64,000 bases of DNA from an uncultured Acidobacteriota bacterium. Lineage in GTDB: Bacteria; Actinomycetota; Acidimicrobiia; Spongiisociales; ZC4RG35. Made by a program: the position numbers and the translations under genes. This document shows positions 46,892 to 56,205 of this stretch, one piece after another. How positions within the stretch are numbered: the stretch's first letter is position 1; each line of letters starts with the position of its first letter. The stretch spans positions 949,014 through 1,013,013 of the forward strand of contig CAVVCY010000003.1 of NCBI GenBank assembly GCA_963746905.1, read 5' to 3'. Under the pieces are notes generated by a model, which saw only the letters and a list, made by a program, of their open reading frames with translations, was not told the origin of the DNA and made no database searches.

Positions 46892-47044
46892 AGCTCGATG
46901 CTCCGTTCGCTGCCTTACGACAGGAAGTTAACGACTCAGGACCGATGGACAACAGAGTCCTCCGCGAAACAAACTCGGGTCTTTCGACCCCAATCAGGGA
47001 GTCCGTTAAGTTTCGGCCAATCCGTTCTTCGATTCTGAGGCCAC

Positions 47045-47981
47045 ATGCCCACCAACACAGATGACATGGTTGCCGTCCCCGCCGGCACCTTCACCATGGG
47101 CTCGGACGACCACTATCCGGAGGAGCGGCCGTCACATCCTGTCACCGTTGACGCCTTCGCCATCGACCGTCATCAGGTGACCAATCGCGAGTTCACCAGC
47201 TTCGTGGATGAGACCGGGCATGTGACGGTTGCCGAGGTTCCGCCCGACCCGGCGGACTACCCCGGGGCACTTTCTGAGATGCTTTATGCCGGGTCGCTGG
47301 TCTTCATACAACCCCCAGGTCCGGTCGATCTGCGTGACATCGGGAACTGGTGGTCCTTCGTCAAGGGTGCAGATTGGAGGCATCCAACCGGCCCGGATAG
47401 CGATCTGACCGACCTCGAGGATCATCCGGTGGTCCACGTCGCCTACGCCGACGCTGTCGGCCTATGCCGAATGGGCGGGCAAGGAGCTGCCCATCGAGGC
47501 CGAGTGGGAGCGTGCCGCATGGGGCGGGCTGGAAAACGCCGAATACGCCTGGGGTGACGAGCTCATGCCCGACGGGCAGCCGATGGCCAACTTCTGGCAG
47601 GGGGACTTTCCCTGGCAGAACGACCTGGTCGACGGCTACCTGCGAACCGCACCGGTCGGATCGTTCCCGCCAAATGGATTCGGGGTCTTCGACATGATCG
47701 GGAACGTCTGGGAATGGACCACTTCGTGGTATTCGACCTCACACCCCGAAGCTGTGGCTCACGCCTGCTGTGCTCCGGTGAACCCTCGCGGTGCTGATCA
47801 GGAGGCAAGCTTCGACCCCTCGCAGCCGGAGATTCGGATTCCCCGCAAGGTGATCAAGGGCGGTTCCCATCTGTGCGCCCCCAATTACTGCCGGCGATAC
47901 CGGCCTGCGGCCCGATTTCCCGAGCCGATTGACACGTCGACGTCACATCTCGGATTTCGCTGCATCTCCCGGATCGGATAG
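47045..47981 (+). pseudogene. formylglycine-generating enzyme family protein (SUMF1-like), frameshifted (+1 nt at 47459-47460)
   Basis: The N-terminal part is in ORF 47045..47557 up to HPVVHVAYADAV. The continuation AYAEWAGKELPIEAEWERAAWGGLENAEYAWGDELMPDG... is in the frame of ORF 47565..47981 (GNVWEWT, KGGSHLCAPNYCRRYRPAAR). Confidence 0.8.
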
Positions 47982-47988
47982 TCAGGCG

Positions 47989-48435
47989 ATGAAGAACCTC
48001 GTCGCCCGCGTTGACGAGGTGGTCATCCCCTTCCTCCGTCGTTGGGGTGTGCCCACGTTGCGGATATCGCTGGCCGTGGTTTTCATCTGGTTTGGCGCCC
48101 TCAAGGTCCTGGGCGTTTCGCCGGTAGTTGATCTAGTGGCTTCCACCGTCTACTGGGTGGACCCGGACTGGTTCGTGCCTGCTTTGGGAGTGGTCGAAGT
48201 CCTGGTCGGTGTCGGCCTGGCGGCACGGTTTGGGCTGAGACTGGTGTTGCTGGTGCTCGCCCTACAAATGCTGGGCACCTTCATGGTGTTCGTCCTGCTC
48301 CCCGAGATCACATTCCAGGATGGCAACCCGCTCAAGCTCACGATCGAGGGTGAGTTCGTGCTCAAGAACCTGGTGTTGTTGGCGGCTGCGATGGTCGTGG
48401 GGGCCAGCATCGAGTCGTCGGAGGCCGTGCCCTAG
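47989..48435 (+). CDS. small polytopic membrane protein (DoxX/DUF417-like)
   Basis: ORF 47929..48435 trimmed to Met21. Four predicted helices, FIWFGALKVLG motif. Family assignment is tentative. Confidence 0.55.
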   Translation: MKNLVARVDEVVIPFLRRWGVPTLRISLAVVFIWFGALKVLGVSPVVDLVASTVYWVDPDWFVPALGVVEVLVGVGLAARFGLRLVLLVLALQMLGTFMVFVLLPEITFQDGNPLKLTIEGEFVLKNLVLLAAAMVVGASIESSEAVP

Positions 48436-48565
48436 TTTCCTCCCCCAGGAGCGAAGCTGTTTCCTCCTCCAGGAGCGGAGCGACGTTGGGGGAGGTGGAT
48501 CGGCCGTAGGCCGAGACGGAGGGGGTGCCTTGGGGGAGGTGGCCCGAAGGGCCGGAGGGGGAAAC
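48435..48565. repeat. composite direct and inverted repeat element in a convergent intergenic region
   Basis: Two 23-nt direct repeats, GTTTCCTCC(C/T)CCAGGAGCG(A/G)AGC, at 48435-48457 and 48459-48481. They are followed by two copies of TTGGGGGAGGTGG (48486-48498, 48530-48542), each followed by GGAGGGGG. CCTCCCCCA (48439-48447) pairs perfectly with TGGGGGAGG (48531-48539), and CCTCCTCCA (48463-48471) pairs with 48487-48495, giving nested hairpins. Confidence 0.6.
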
Positions 48566-48589
48566 TCCTACGTGTGGAGGGCGTTCCCG

Positions 48590-48853
48590 TTAGCCATCGG
48601 CCTCGGTCTCGATGCCGAGGGCCACGAAAATCCGGTGTCGTTCCGAGGTGTAGTGGCTCTCGCTGACGACGTTGGCGTTGTACTGCTCGCTCAAGGCCCT
48701 GAACTCCTCCATGAGCGCCGTCTCGTCGGGTGCCTCAACCAGTGCTGCCTCCTCGACGCGATCCTCCTTCTTCTGGCGCTTGGCCTCTTGCTTCTCCTGA
48801 CGGGTCCGCTCCCGGGCCCGCTTGCTCATCGCCTCACGTCCTCTTTGTGCCAT
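48590..48853 (-). CDS. hypothetical small protein (basic N-terminus, acidic centre)
   Basis: ORF track. Composition is coding-like. No family recognised. Confidence 0.55.
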   Translation of the reverse strand: MAQRGREAMSKRARERTRQEKQEAKRQKKEDRVEEAALVEAPDETALMEEFRALSEQYNANVVSESHYTSERHRIFVALGIETEADG

Positions 48854-49257
48854 CTGAATCCTCTGCTCGCGTAGGGCGTCGACTCACCCGGTCAAACGAA
48901 TATGTCGATGGTGCCCGTGACCGAATTACTCGTCCGTCGAACCGTCCGGTCGGGGTCGGCCCTCGGGGGCCTGCGGTGAATGACGCGGTGACCACCCTAA
49001 CCCTGTGTCACCGCTAGACCGGAAATGGGCGGATTGCGTCCTTACGACTCGGAGTACATGACCGCGTCGGTTACTGTGGGAATCACAGCGCACGCCTGGA
49101 TGCGTGCTGCGCCGTTTCTTCGCTCCTTCGTACCGTCGGGTGAAGTCGCCACAGGCGCCCACTCGGACCCTCCGTTTCAAACCGAAGGTGATCACAGTTG
49201 GGCCGGATGTGGGGCGTCAAGGAAGTCGACGGTTCGAGCTCTGGAAGGAGCAAATCA

Positions 49258-49512
49258 ATGTCCACCAATATCTATGTGGGAAACCTCTCGTTTTCCACGG
49301 ACTCTGCAGCGTTGGAGTCCTTGTTCGCGCCCCACGGTCGTGTGACAAAGGCGCAGGTCATCAATGACCGCGACACCGGCCGTTCCCGCGGATTCGGGTT
49401 CGTCGAGATGGAGTCGGCCGAGGAGGCGCAGGCTGCGATCTCCTCGTTGAACGGCAAGGACATGGGAGGGCGTCAGCTCACCGTGAACCTGGCCAAAGAG
49501 CGTTCCCGCTGA
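49258..49512 (+). CDS. RRM-type RNA-binding protein
   Basis: ORF 49198..49512 trimmed to Met21, preceded by GGAAGGAG. RNP2 IYVGNL and RNP1 RGFGFVEM. Confidence 0.9.
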   Translation: MSTNIYVGNLSFSTDSAALESLFAPHGRVTKAQVINDRDTGRSRGFGFVEMESAEEAQAAISSLNGKDMGGRQLTVNLAKERSR

Positions 49513-49560
49513 CCAACCGCACGCACGGTGGTTTCGGCTGCCGAGCCCATCACAACGTGA

Positions 49561-49592
49561 GAAACCCCCCGGATTCCGGGGGGTTTCTTCTC
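49561..49592. terminator. bidirectional intrinsic terminator hairpin
   Basis: GAAACCCCCCGG-ATT-CCGGGGGGTTTC is a perfect 12-bp stem, followed by TTCTTCT. It lies between the convergent RRM gene and the META lipoprotein gene. Confidence 0.8.
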
Positions 49593-49609
49593 GTCCTATG
49601 ATCGTCGGA

Positions 49610-50026
49610 TCAGGCGTTGGCAGCGAACACCAATTCGACACCCTCACCGGTCAGGGTCAATGTGTCATCGGTCGCGGTGAAGGAATCGACCTTGGCCATG
49701 GCATCGAGGTACATCGATTCCAAGTCCATCACCTCTGGCTCGCAGGCCATCATCGTCGAGCCCATGTCGGTGAACGAGATATCGCTGCCTTCGAGGGTGT
49801 AGCCACCGAAGTACGAGTTGCAGGCCGCACTGCCGGCGATGGCGTTGTCTGCCTCAAAGGTCAGCGTGATCGGATGGTCGGCGACGATTGGGATGTCAGC
49901 CCCATCGACGGTTCCCGATTGCAGGGTCCAGTCAGAAAGTGTGGGGTCTGCCCCAGGCTCGCTGGGATCGGCACAGGCGGTCAGGATCAGTCCAAGTACA
50001 GCGGCAAACACAAGAGTCTTTCTCAT
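49610..50026 (-). CDS. META domain (HslJ-like) lipoprotein
   Basis: Lipobox LILTAC. AGSAACNSYFGGYTLEGSDISFTDMGSTMMAC is the META domain core. Confidence 0.8.
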   Translation of the reverse strand: MRKTLVFAAVLGLILTACADPSEPGADPTLSDWTLQSGTVDGADIPIVADHPITLTFEADNAIAGSAACNSYFGGYTLEGSDISFTDMGSTMMACEPEVMDLESMYLDAMAKVDSFTATDDTLTLTGEGVELVFAANA

Positions 50027-50063
50027 ATCGATTCGACGCTACTCCGATCGAAAATGGTTCCGA

Positions 50064-50942
50064 TCACAGCCAGGCGCCGACGGCGAGTACGACTCCCGTC
50101 CAGAGGTGGAGTCGGCCGTTCATCTTGAGGGCCCGAATCAGGGAGGGACCGTCAGTGTGCTGCCACAGGGTGCGCACCGGTCCCACGGCGTAAGGGGCGA
50201 GCATTGCCGCAAACAGGGTCGGGAGCGGCGTCCACCCGGCGATCGCGAAGGCGACGATTAGCACGAAGGCGCCATAGATGAGCACGGCATAGAGCCACTT
50301 GGTGGGCTCCCGTCCGATGATGACGGCCAGGGTGCGTTTGCCCGCTTCCCGATCCGTGTCGAGATCCCTGTAGTTGTTGGCCACGAGAAGTGCGGTGACC
50401 AGCATCCCCACCGGGATCGCCAGCAGCCAGGCGGAGAGGGGGGCGGTCATGTCGTGGACGTACCGGCTGCCCACGGTCGCCACCAGCCCGAAAAAGACGA
50501 AGACGAACACCTCGCCCAGACCGTGGTACCCGTAGGGGAACGGCCCCCCGACGTAGCCGAGCATCGCGATGATCGAGATCACACCGATGGCGAGGATCAA
50601 TGGCCCCGCGATCAGGGCCAGGCCGATCCCGGCGCAGGCGGCGATCAGGATGGCGATCGCCACCCCGCCCCACATCTGGCGCGGTGTCAGCACACCCAGG
50701 GCCACCATCCTCGGGGGGCCGACGCGGGCCGAGTTGTCGACTCCGCGGGCGGCGTCCGACGCGTCATTGGCGAAATTTGCCGCCACCTGAATCGAGAGCG
50801 CTGCGATCAAAGTCAGGATGAACGCGTCGGCTCGAAACACGCCCTCTCCGAGCGCCAGGCCTCCGCCAACCAGCACCGGCACCACGGCCGCGGGCAGGGT
50901 ATGGACCCGTGCCGCGGTCTTCCATGCCTGGAACCGGGTCAA
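50064..50942 (-). CDS. menA: 1,4-dihydroxy-2-naphthoate polyprenyltransferase
   Basis: ORF 50064..51002 trimmed to TTG 50942, just after the menB stop. UbiA-family motifs NFANDASDAARGVD and ANNYRDLDTD. Confidence 0.85.
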   Translation of the reverse strand: MTRFQAWKTAARVHTLPAAVVPVLVGGGLALGEGVFRADAFILTLIAALSIQVAANFANDASDAARGVDNSARVGPPRMVALGVLTPRQMWGGVAIAILIAACAGIGLALIAGPLILAIGVISIIAMLGYVGGPFPYGYHGLGEVFVFVFFGLVATVGSRYVHDMTAPLSAWLLAIPVGMLVTALLVANNYRDLDTDREAGKRTLAVIIGREPTKWLYAVLIYGAFVLIVAFAIAGWTPLPTLFAAMLAPYAVGPVRTLWQHTDGPSLIRALKMNGRLHLWTGVVLAVGAWL

Positions 50943-50946
50943 TGGA

Positions 50947-51870
50947 TCAGAAGTGCCAGGGATAGCGGCCAAAGTCCGGATCGCGCTTCTCGAGGAACGC
51001 ATCCCTGCCTTCTCCGGCTTCCTCTGTCATGTACCCGAGGCGGGTGGCCTCCCCAGCGAAGATCTGTTGGCCGACCAGCCCGTCATCGATGAGGTTGAAC
51101 GCAAACTTGAGCATCCGTTGCGACATGGGGCTCTTGTGCGTGATCTCGACTCCCCACTCCAGGGCCACTCTCTCTAAATCGGCGTGAGGGACCACTGCAT
51201 TGACCATCCCCATCTCAAAGGCTTCCTGGGCGGTGTAGGTCCTTCCCAGGAAGAAGACTTCCCGGGCACGCTTCTGTCCCACCTGGCGGGCCAGGTAAGC
51301 CGAGCCATAACCGGCGTCGTAAGACGCGACATCGGCGTCCGTCTGCTTGAAGAGGGCGTGCTCTTCGGAGGCGATGGTGAGGTCGCAGACGACATGGAGG
51401 CTATGGCCGCCGCCCACGGCCCAGCCAGGCACCACGGCGATGACGACCTTGGGCATGAATCGGATCAGTCGTTGCACTTCGAGGATGTGGAGGCGTCCGA
51501 CGCGCGCCGGGTCCACGGCCCCCTCCCCATCGCCCGCGGCGTACTTGTAGCCGTCGGCGCCGCGGATTCTCTGGTCACCGCCGGACGAGAAGGCCCAACC
51601 CCCGTCCTTTGGTGAGGGCCCGTTCCCGGTGAGCAGCACGCAGCCGACATCGGTGGTCTGCCGTGCGTGGTCAAGGGCGGCGAAGAGCTCGTCGACGGTC
51701 TGGGGGCGAAAGGCGTTTCGGACTTCGGGACGGTGGAAGGCGATGCGAACCACTCCGGCGCCCCTGGCCCGGTGGTAAGTGATGTCGGTGAGGTCGAACC
51801 CGGGCACAGCGTCCCAGGCAGCTTGGTCGAATATCTCGGAAACCACGGACCAGCAGGATAAGAGGCACAA
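50947..51870 (-). CDS. menB: 1,4-dihydroxy-2-naphthoyl-CoA synthase
   Basis: ITYHRARGAGVVRIAFHRPEVRNAFRP ... GGDQRIRG ... C-terminal PDFGRYPWHF. The start may instead be GTG 51846. Confidence 0.9.
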   Translation of the reverse strand: MCLLSCWSVVSEIFDQAAWDAVPGFDLTDITYHRARGAGVVRIAFHRPEVRNAFRPQTVDELFAALDHARQTTDVGCVLLTGNGPSPKDGGWAFSSGGDQRIRGADGYKYAAGDGEGAVDPARVGRLHILEVQRLIRFMPKVVIAVVPGWAVGGGHSLHVVCDLTIASEEHALFKQTDADVASYDAGYGSAYLARQVGQKRAREVFFLGRTYTAQEAFEMGMVNAVVPHADLERVALEWGVEITHKSPMSQRMLKFAFNLIDDGLVGQQIFAGEATRLGYMTEEAGEGRDAFLEKRDPDFGRYPWHF

Positions 51871-51877
51871 TCGTCTT

Positions 51878-53074
51878 GTGATCCATTGGCTGACCCGCCA
51901 CGACCCAAACCGAGTGTTCTTGGAGACCCCGATTGGCTCGCATACATACGGCGATGTTCTCGAATCGGTTTACAACCGACCGGTGGCTGGCGCAGAAGTT
52001 CTGCGTCCCCGTCTCACGGCCGGGTCGGTTGTAGACGTCCTGGCCGTGATGTCCTCAGCCAGTGCAGTCCTCGTCGGTCCCGAGGCCGATGTTCCTCCTG
52101 ACACCGATCCTGGGGGAGCGGCCACAGTCGTCTTCACTTCCGGCTCTACCGGGAGCTCGAAAGGCGTCCGCCTGACTCGCGACAACTGGGAGGCGGCGGT
52201 GATCGCATCCCAATTGCACCTTGGTAACCGTCCTGATGACGTTTGGCTGCTGGCAATGGGGATGCATCGGGTAGGAGGCCTTGCCATCGTCCTGCGCTCG
52301 GCCCACATCGGCGGAGCGGTGCGAATGCTTGCGAAGTTCGAAGCCGCTGAGTTCGCTGCCGCATTGCGAAGCGGGGTGACGATTGCGTCCGTGGTCCCAA
52401 CGATGCTTCGCCGGATTCTCGACATCGACCCGGGACCGTTTCCGGCCGTGCGCGCCATCATTATTGGTGGTGGCCCGATCCCCGATGGACTGTTGGAGCG
52501 CGCCGAAGCCGCAGGGCTTCCCGTCCTCCCCAGTTATGGGATGAGCGAGACTTGTGGTCAGGTTGCGACACTTCGTCCCGGTTCGGCAGTCGAGCCGAAG
52601 GCGCATCCGTTGCCCGGTGTTGAGCTGCGGATCGAGCGAGATCAACGAATCGCGGTCCGGGGGCGGATGGTCTCGCCGGGGTACGTAGGTGAGCCCGACC
52701 GTGCCCCGGGAGCATGGTTCGTGACCGGCGACCTCGGGAAACTCGACCTAGATGGCGCCTTGCGAGTCCTGGGCCGGGCAGACGGCGTCATCGTGAGCGG
52801 GGGGGCGAATATTGACCCCGCGGAAATCGAGGCTGCTTTGACCGCAATTCCCGGGGTGGACGCCGCGCTGGTGTTTGGTGTGCCCAGTCAGGAGTGGGGG
52901 ATGGAGGTGGCCTGTCTCTATGTTGGGAGCCGGACGCCCGACACGGTGGAATCGCGTCTCAGGGAGCAGTTGTCCGGCCCGCTGATCCCAAAGCGCTGGC
53001 GACGGGTCCAAGCCCTCCCGATGACAGATCTCGGCAAGCCGGATCGCAGCCAGGCGATTCGGCTGCTCAGCTGA
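51878..53074 (+). CDS. menE: o-succinylbenzoate--CoA ligase
   Basis: ORF 51779..53074 trimmed to GTG 51878. AMP-binding motif VVFTSGSTGSSKGV, YGMSETCG, GDLG. Divergent from menB. Confidence 0.8.
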   Translation: MIHWLTRHDPNRVFLETPIGSHTYGDVLESVYNRPVAGAEVLRPRLTAGSVVDVLAVMSSASAVLVGPEADVPPDTDPGGAATVVFTSGSTGSSKGVRLTRDNWEAAVIASQLHLGNRPDDVWLLAMGMHRVGGLAIVLRSAHIGGAVRMLAKFEAAEFAAALRSGVTIASVVPTMLRRILDIDPGPFPAVRAIIIGGGPIPDGLLERAEAAGLPVLPSYGMSETCGQVATLRPGSAVEPKAHPLPGVELRIERDQRIAVRGRMVSPGYVGEPDRAPGAWFVTGDLGKLDLDGALRVLGRADGVIVSGGANIDPAEIEAALTAIPGVDAALVFGVPSQEWGMEVACLYVGSRTPDTVESRLREQLSGPLIPKRWRRVQALPMTDLGKPDRSQAIRLLS

Positions 53075-53716
53075 AACGCCGGGCGATCATCACACCCTGA
53101 CGAAGGGGCACGGCAACGGCTTCGAAGTCAGGGTCGGCAGCGATCAGCCTGTTGAACGGATCGGTCCCGTATCCCTGATCCACCCACCCTTCGCCGGTGC
53201 CGAGAACATTGTCGGCGAGAACGAGCCCACCGACAGCGATCAGCGGTCGGGCGGCCCGGAAGTACTCGGAGTACTCCGTCTTCACGGCGTCGATGAAGAG
53301 GACGTCGACGCTCCCCGGCTCCAACTCGTCGTTGAGAGCGGTCAGAACTTCGATTCCAGGGCCGAGTCGAATCTCTACCTGGTCCGAAACACCGGCCCGC
53401 TCGAACTGCTTCCTGGCAAATTCAGCGTGCTTTGGCTGCAGTTCGATGGTGATCAGCTTTCCGTGTTGGTTGCAGGCCTCGGGCGATCCAGATCCCGGAA
53501 TAGCCGGCCAGGGTGCCGACCTCGACTGCCAGCAGGCCTCTGGTCATCAGCGGTCAGGATGTGGAGCAGCCGGCCGACATCCGCGGTCACCGCGATATCC
53601 GGCAGGCCGGCTGCCACCGCCTCATCCATCAGTCCGGACAGGTGGTCATCCTCGGCTCCGAAGACTTCACGGGAGTAGTCGTCGAGGAAGTCCCAACGCT
53701 CAGGGGTCATCGTCAT
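53067..53716 (-). pseudogene. class I SAM-dependent O-methyltransferase (caffeoyl-CoA OMT-like), two frameshifts
   Basis: The gene reads across three frames. N-terminus (ORF 53453..53716): ...DVGRLLHILT. Middle: MTRGLLAVEVGTLAGYSGIWIARGLQP. C-terminus (frame of ORF 53067..53324): GKLITIELQPKHAEFARKQFERAGVSDQVEIRLGPG...VDVLFIDAVKTEYSEYF. Shift points are about 53552 and about 53467, each consistent with one extra base. Confidence 0.75.
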
Positions 53717-53730
53717 GCCAGGACCCTAGG

Positions 53731-56193
53731 TCATGTCGATGCGACTGAGCCGGAAAGCGAGGTCGGTGTCGTCGGGCTTGCGTGACGGGCACGCTCAGCG
53801 TCGAGGAGGATCGGAATCGTCCGGACGACAGTGTCGGGATTGAGGCTGATCGAATCGATCCCCATTTCCACCAGTCGACGAGCAACTTCTGGAAAGTCGG
53901 AGGGTGCCTGACCGCAGATCCCGATATGGCGACCGTGGCGATGTGCCCCCTCGACTGCCAGTCGGATCGTCTCCATGACCCCCTCGTCGCGCTCATCGAA
54001 GTCGAAGGCGACCAGCTCGGAATCGCGGTCGACGCCAAGCACCAGCTGGGTCAGGTCGTTCGACCCGATCGAGAAGCCGTCGAAGATCTCGGCGAAGGCA
54101 TCGACTTGCACGACGTTGTTGGGAATCTCACACATCACATAGATCTCCAGGCCGTTCTCACCTCGGCGGAGGCCATGAGATGCCATCACATCGAGCACCT
54201 TGACGCCCTCCTCAACCCTCCTGCAGAAGGGGATCATCAGCCTGATGTTGGTTAGCCCCATCTCGTCTCGAGCCCGTTTCATTGCTGCGCATTCCAGGGC
54301 AAAGCCGGCGGCGTATGCCGGATGGGCATAGCGCGACGCTCCCCGGAATCCGATCATCGGGTTGGACTCGATGGGCTCGAAGGCCTGCCCACCGAGAAGG
54401 CTCGCGTACTCGTTGGTCTTGAAGTCGGACATGCGGACGATGACCGGCTTCGGGTAGAAGGCTGCAGCGATGGTCCCCACTCCCTCAGCGAGACGCTCAA
54501 CGAAGTAATCGGCACCGGTCGGATATCCATCGATGAGTTCGAGAATCTTCTGCCGATCCTCGAGATCCTCAACGCGATTGGGGTCGAGGAGGGCCATTGG
54601 ATGGGCCCGGATCGATTCGGAGATGATGAACTCCATCCGGGCAAGACCGACGCCATCCACCGGGAGCTGCGAAGTTTGAAAGGCGAGGTCTGGATTGCCG
54701 ATGTTGACCATGATCTCGGTCTTCGTCTTGGTCAGATCTGCCAGATCGATGGTTCGGGTCTCGATCGGAACCTTGCCCGCGTAGACGCGGCCTACCTCAC
54801 CTTCGGCGCAGGAAACGGTGATCAACTGGCCGGAGTGAACTTGATCGGTGGCGTTCACCGTTCCGACAACTGCTGGTATCCCCAGCTCCCGAGCAACAAT
54901 CGCCGCGTGACAGGTGCGTCCTCCGCGATTGGTGACGATCGCTGCGGCGTTCTTCATGACCGGCTCCCAGTCCGGAGTGGTGGTGTCGGCGATGAGGACT
55001 TCATTGTCTTGGAATGCGGACAAACCGGCGGTGGACGTGATGACACGGGCTCTGCCTGAAGCAGCTGCGCTACCCACTGCCCGGCCCTCGACGAGGACCT
55101 GAGACCCGGGTTGCACCAAGTACTCCGTGAGCGTGGTGCCGCGTCGTTGTGAAGCGACGGTCTCCGGTCTGGCTTGCACGAGGTAGAGCCGGTTGTCGAT
55201 GCCGTCCTTGGCCCATTCGATGTCCATCGGCATCTGGTGCCCTGCCTTGGCGCCGTAGTGGCGCTCGACCTCGATGCCATATCCGGCCAGGGCGAGGACC
55301 TCAGCGTCGGTGAGACAGAATCTTGCTCGGTCGGCCTCGGGAGTGGGCCCGATAGAAGTGGTCTGCCCACCACGGCCTTGGGAGTAGACCATCCTGATTT
55401 GCTTCCTCCCCAGCTCGCGTTTCAGGACAGACCTGTACCCGAGCGCAAAAGTCGGCTTGTGGACGTAGAACTCGTCGGGGTCGACCACTCCCTGAACCAC
55501 GGTTTCGCCCAATCCATAAGCACCGGTGATGAAGATGACATCTTCGAACCCCGATTCGGTGTCGATCGTGAACATGACCCCGCTGCTTGCCAGGTCGGAG
55601 CGCACCATCTTCATGACACCCACCGACAGAGCAACCGAGAAATGATCGAAGCCTTTGTCGATCCGATACGAGATCGCCCGATCCGTGAACAGCGAGGCAA
55701 AGCACCTCCGGCAGGCCTCGACTACCCGCTCTGCGCCGTGGACGTTGAGATAGGTCTCGTGTTGTCCGGCAAAGCTCGCGGTGGGCAGGTCCTCGGCGGT
55801 GGCTGACGATCGGACCGCAACGCTCAAATCAGTCCCGTATTCCTCAACCAGTCGTTGATACCCCTTCATGATCTGCTCGCGAATCGGCTCAGGGAGGGGT
55901 GACTCGTAGATCAGCTCACGAGCCTTTCGAGCGCGTCTGGCAAGGTCATCGACGTCGGACTTGTCTACGCCGCCGATGATCTCTTCCAGCTTCGACCAGG
56001 CACCCGAATCGGTCAGTGTGTCCCGATACGCCTGGGCGGTCACCGCGAATCCGTTGGGAACATTGACCCCGAGCGGGGTCAACTCGCGGTACAACTCGCC
56101 GAGGGAGGCGTTCTTGCCTCCGACCTCGCCGACGTCATCGATCCCTAGCTCCTCGAACCAACGTATGTATCTGATCCCCAAATGTGTGGTCAT
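53731..56193 (-). CDS. ppsA: phosphoenolpyruvate synthase (pyruvate, water dikinase)
   Basis: 820 aa. IRWFEELGIDDVGEVGGKNASLGEL, phospho-His region GGRTCHAAIVARELGIPAVVG, C-terminal PEP-utilising barrel (FSIGSNDLTQL). Confidence 0.95.
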   Translation of the reverse strand: MTTHLGIRYIRWFEELGIDDVGEVGGKNASLGELYRELTPLGVNVPNGFAVTAQAYRDTLTDSGAWSKLEEIIGGVDKSDVDDLARRARKARELIYESPLPEPIREQIMKGYQRLVEEYGTDLSVAVRSSATAEDLPTASFAGQHETYLNVHGAERVVEACRRCFASLFTDRAISYRIDKGFDHFSVALSVGVMKMVRSDLASSGVMFTIDTESGFEDVIFITGAYGLGETVVQGVVDPDEFYVHKPTFALGYRSVLKRELGRKQIRMVYSQGRGGQTTSIGPTPEADRARFCLTDAEVLALAGYGIEVERHYGAKAGHQMPMDIEWAKDGIDNRLYLVQARPETVASQRRGTTLTEYLVQPGSQVLVEGRAVGSAAASGRARVITSTAGLSAFQDNEVLIADTTTPDWEPVMKNAAAIVTNRGGRTCHAAIVARELGIPAVVGTVNATDQVHSGQLITVSCAEGEVGRVYAGKVPIETRTIDLADLTKTKTEIMVNIGNPDLAFQTSQLPVDGVGLARMEFIISESIRAHPMALLDPNRVEDLEDRQKILELIDGYPTGADYFVERLAEGVGTIAAAFYPKPVIVRMSDFKTNEYASLLGGQAFEPIESNPMIGFRGASRYAHPAYAAGFALECAAMKRARDEMGLTNIRLMIPFCRRVEEGVKVLDVMASHGLRRGENGLEIYVMCEIPNNVVQVDAFAEIFDGFSIGSNDLTQLVLGVDRDSELVAFDFDERDEGVMETIRLAVEGAHRHGRHIGICGQAPSDFPEVARRLVEMGIDSISLNPDTVVRTIPILLDAERARHASPTTPTSLSGSVAST

Positions 56194-56205
56194 CTCGAGC
56201 TCTTG

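Noticed and set aside
48435-48565. Possible mini-CRISPR array
   Set aside because: There are only two copies of each repeat, adjacent or separated by irregular short spacers. The repeat types are mutually complementary, and there are no cas genes. A hairpin-forming intergenic element is the better description.
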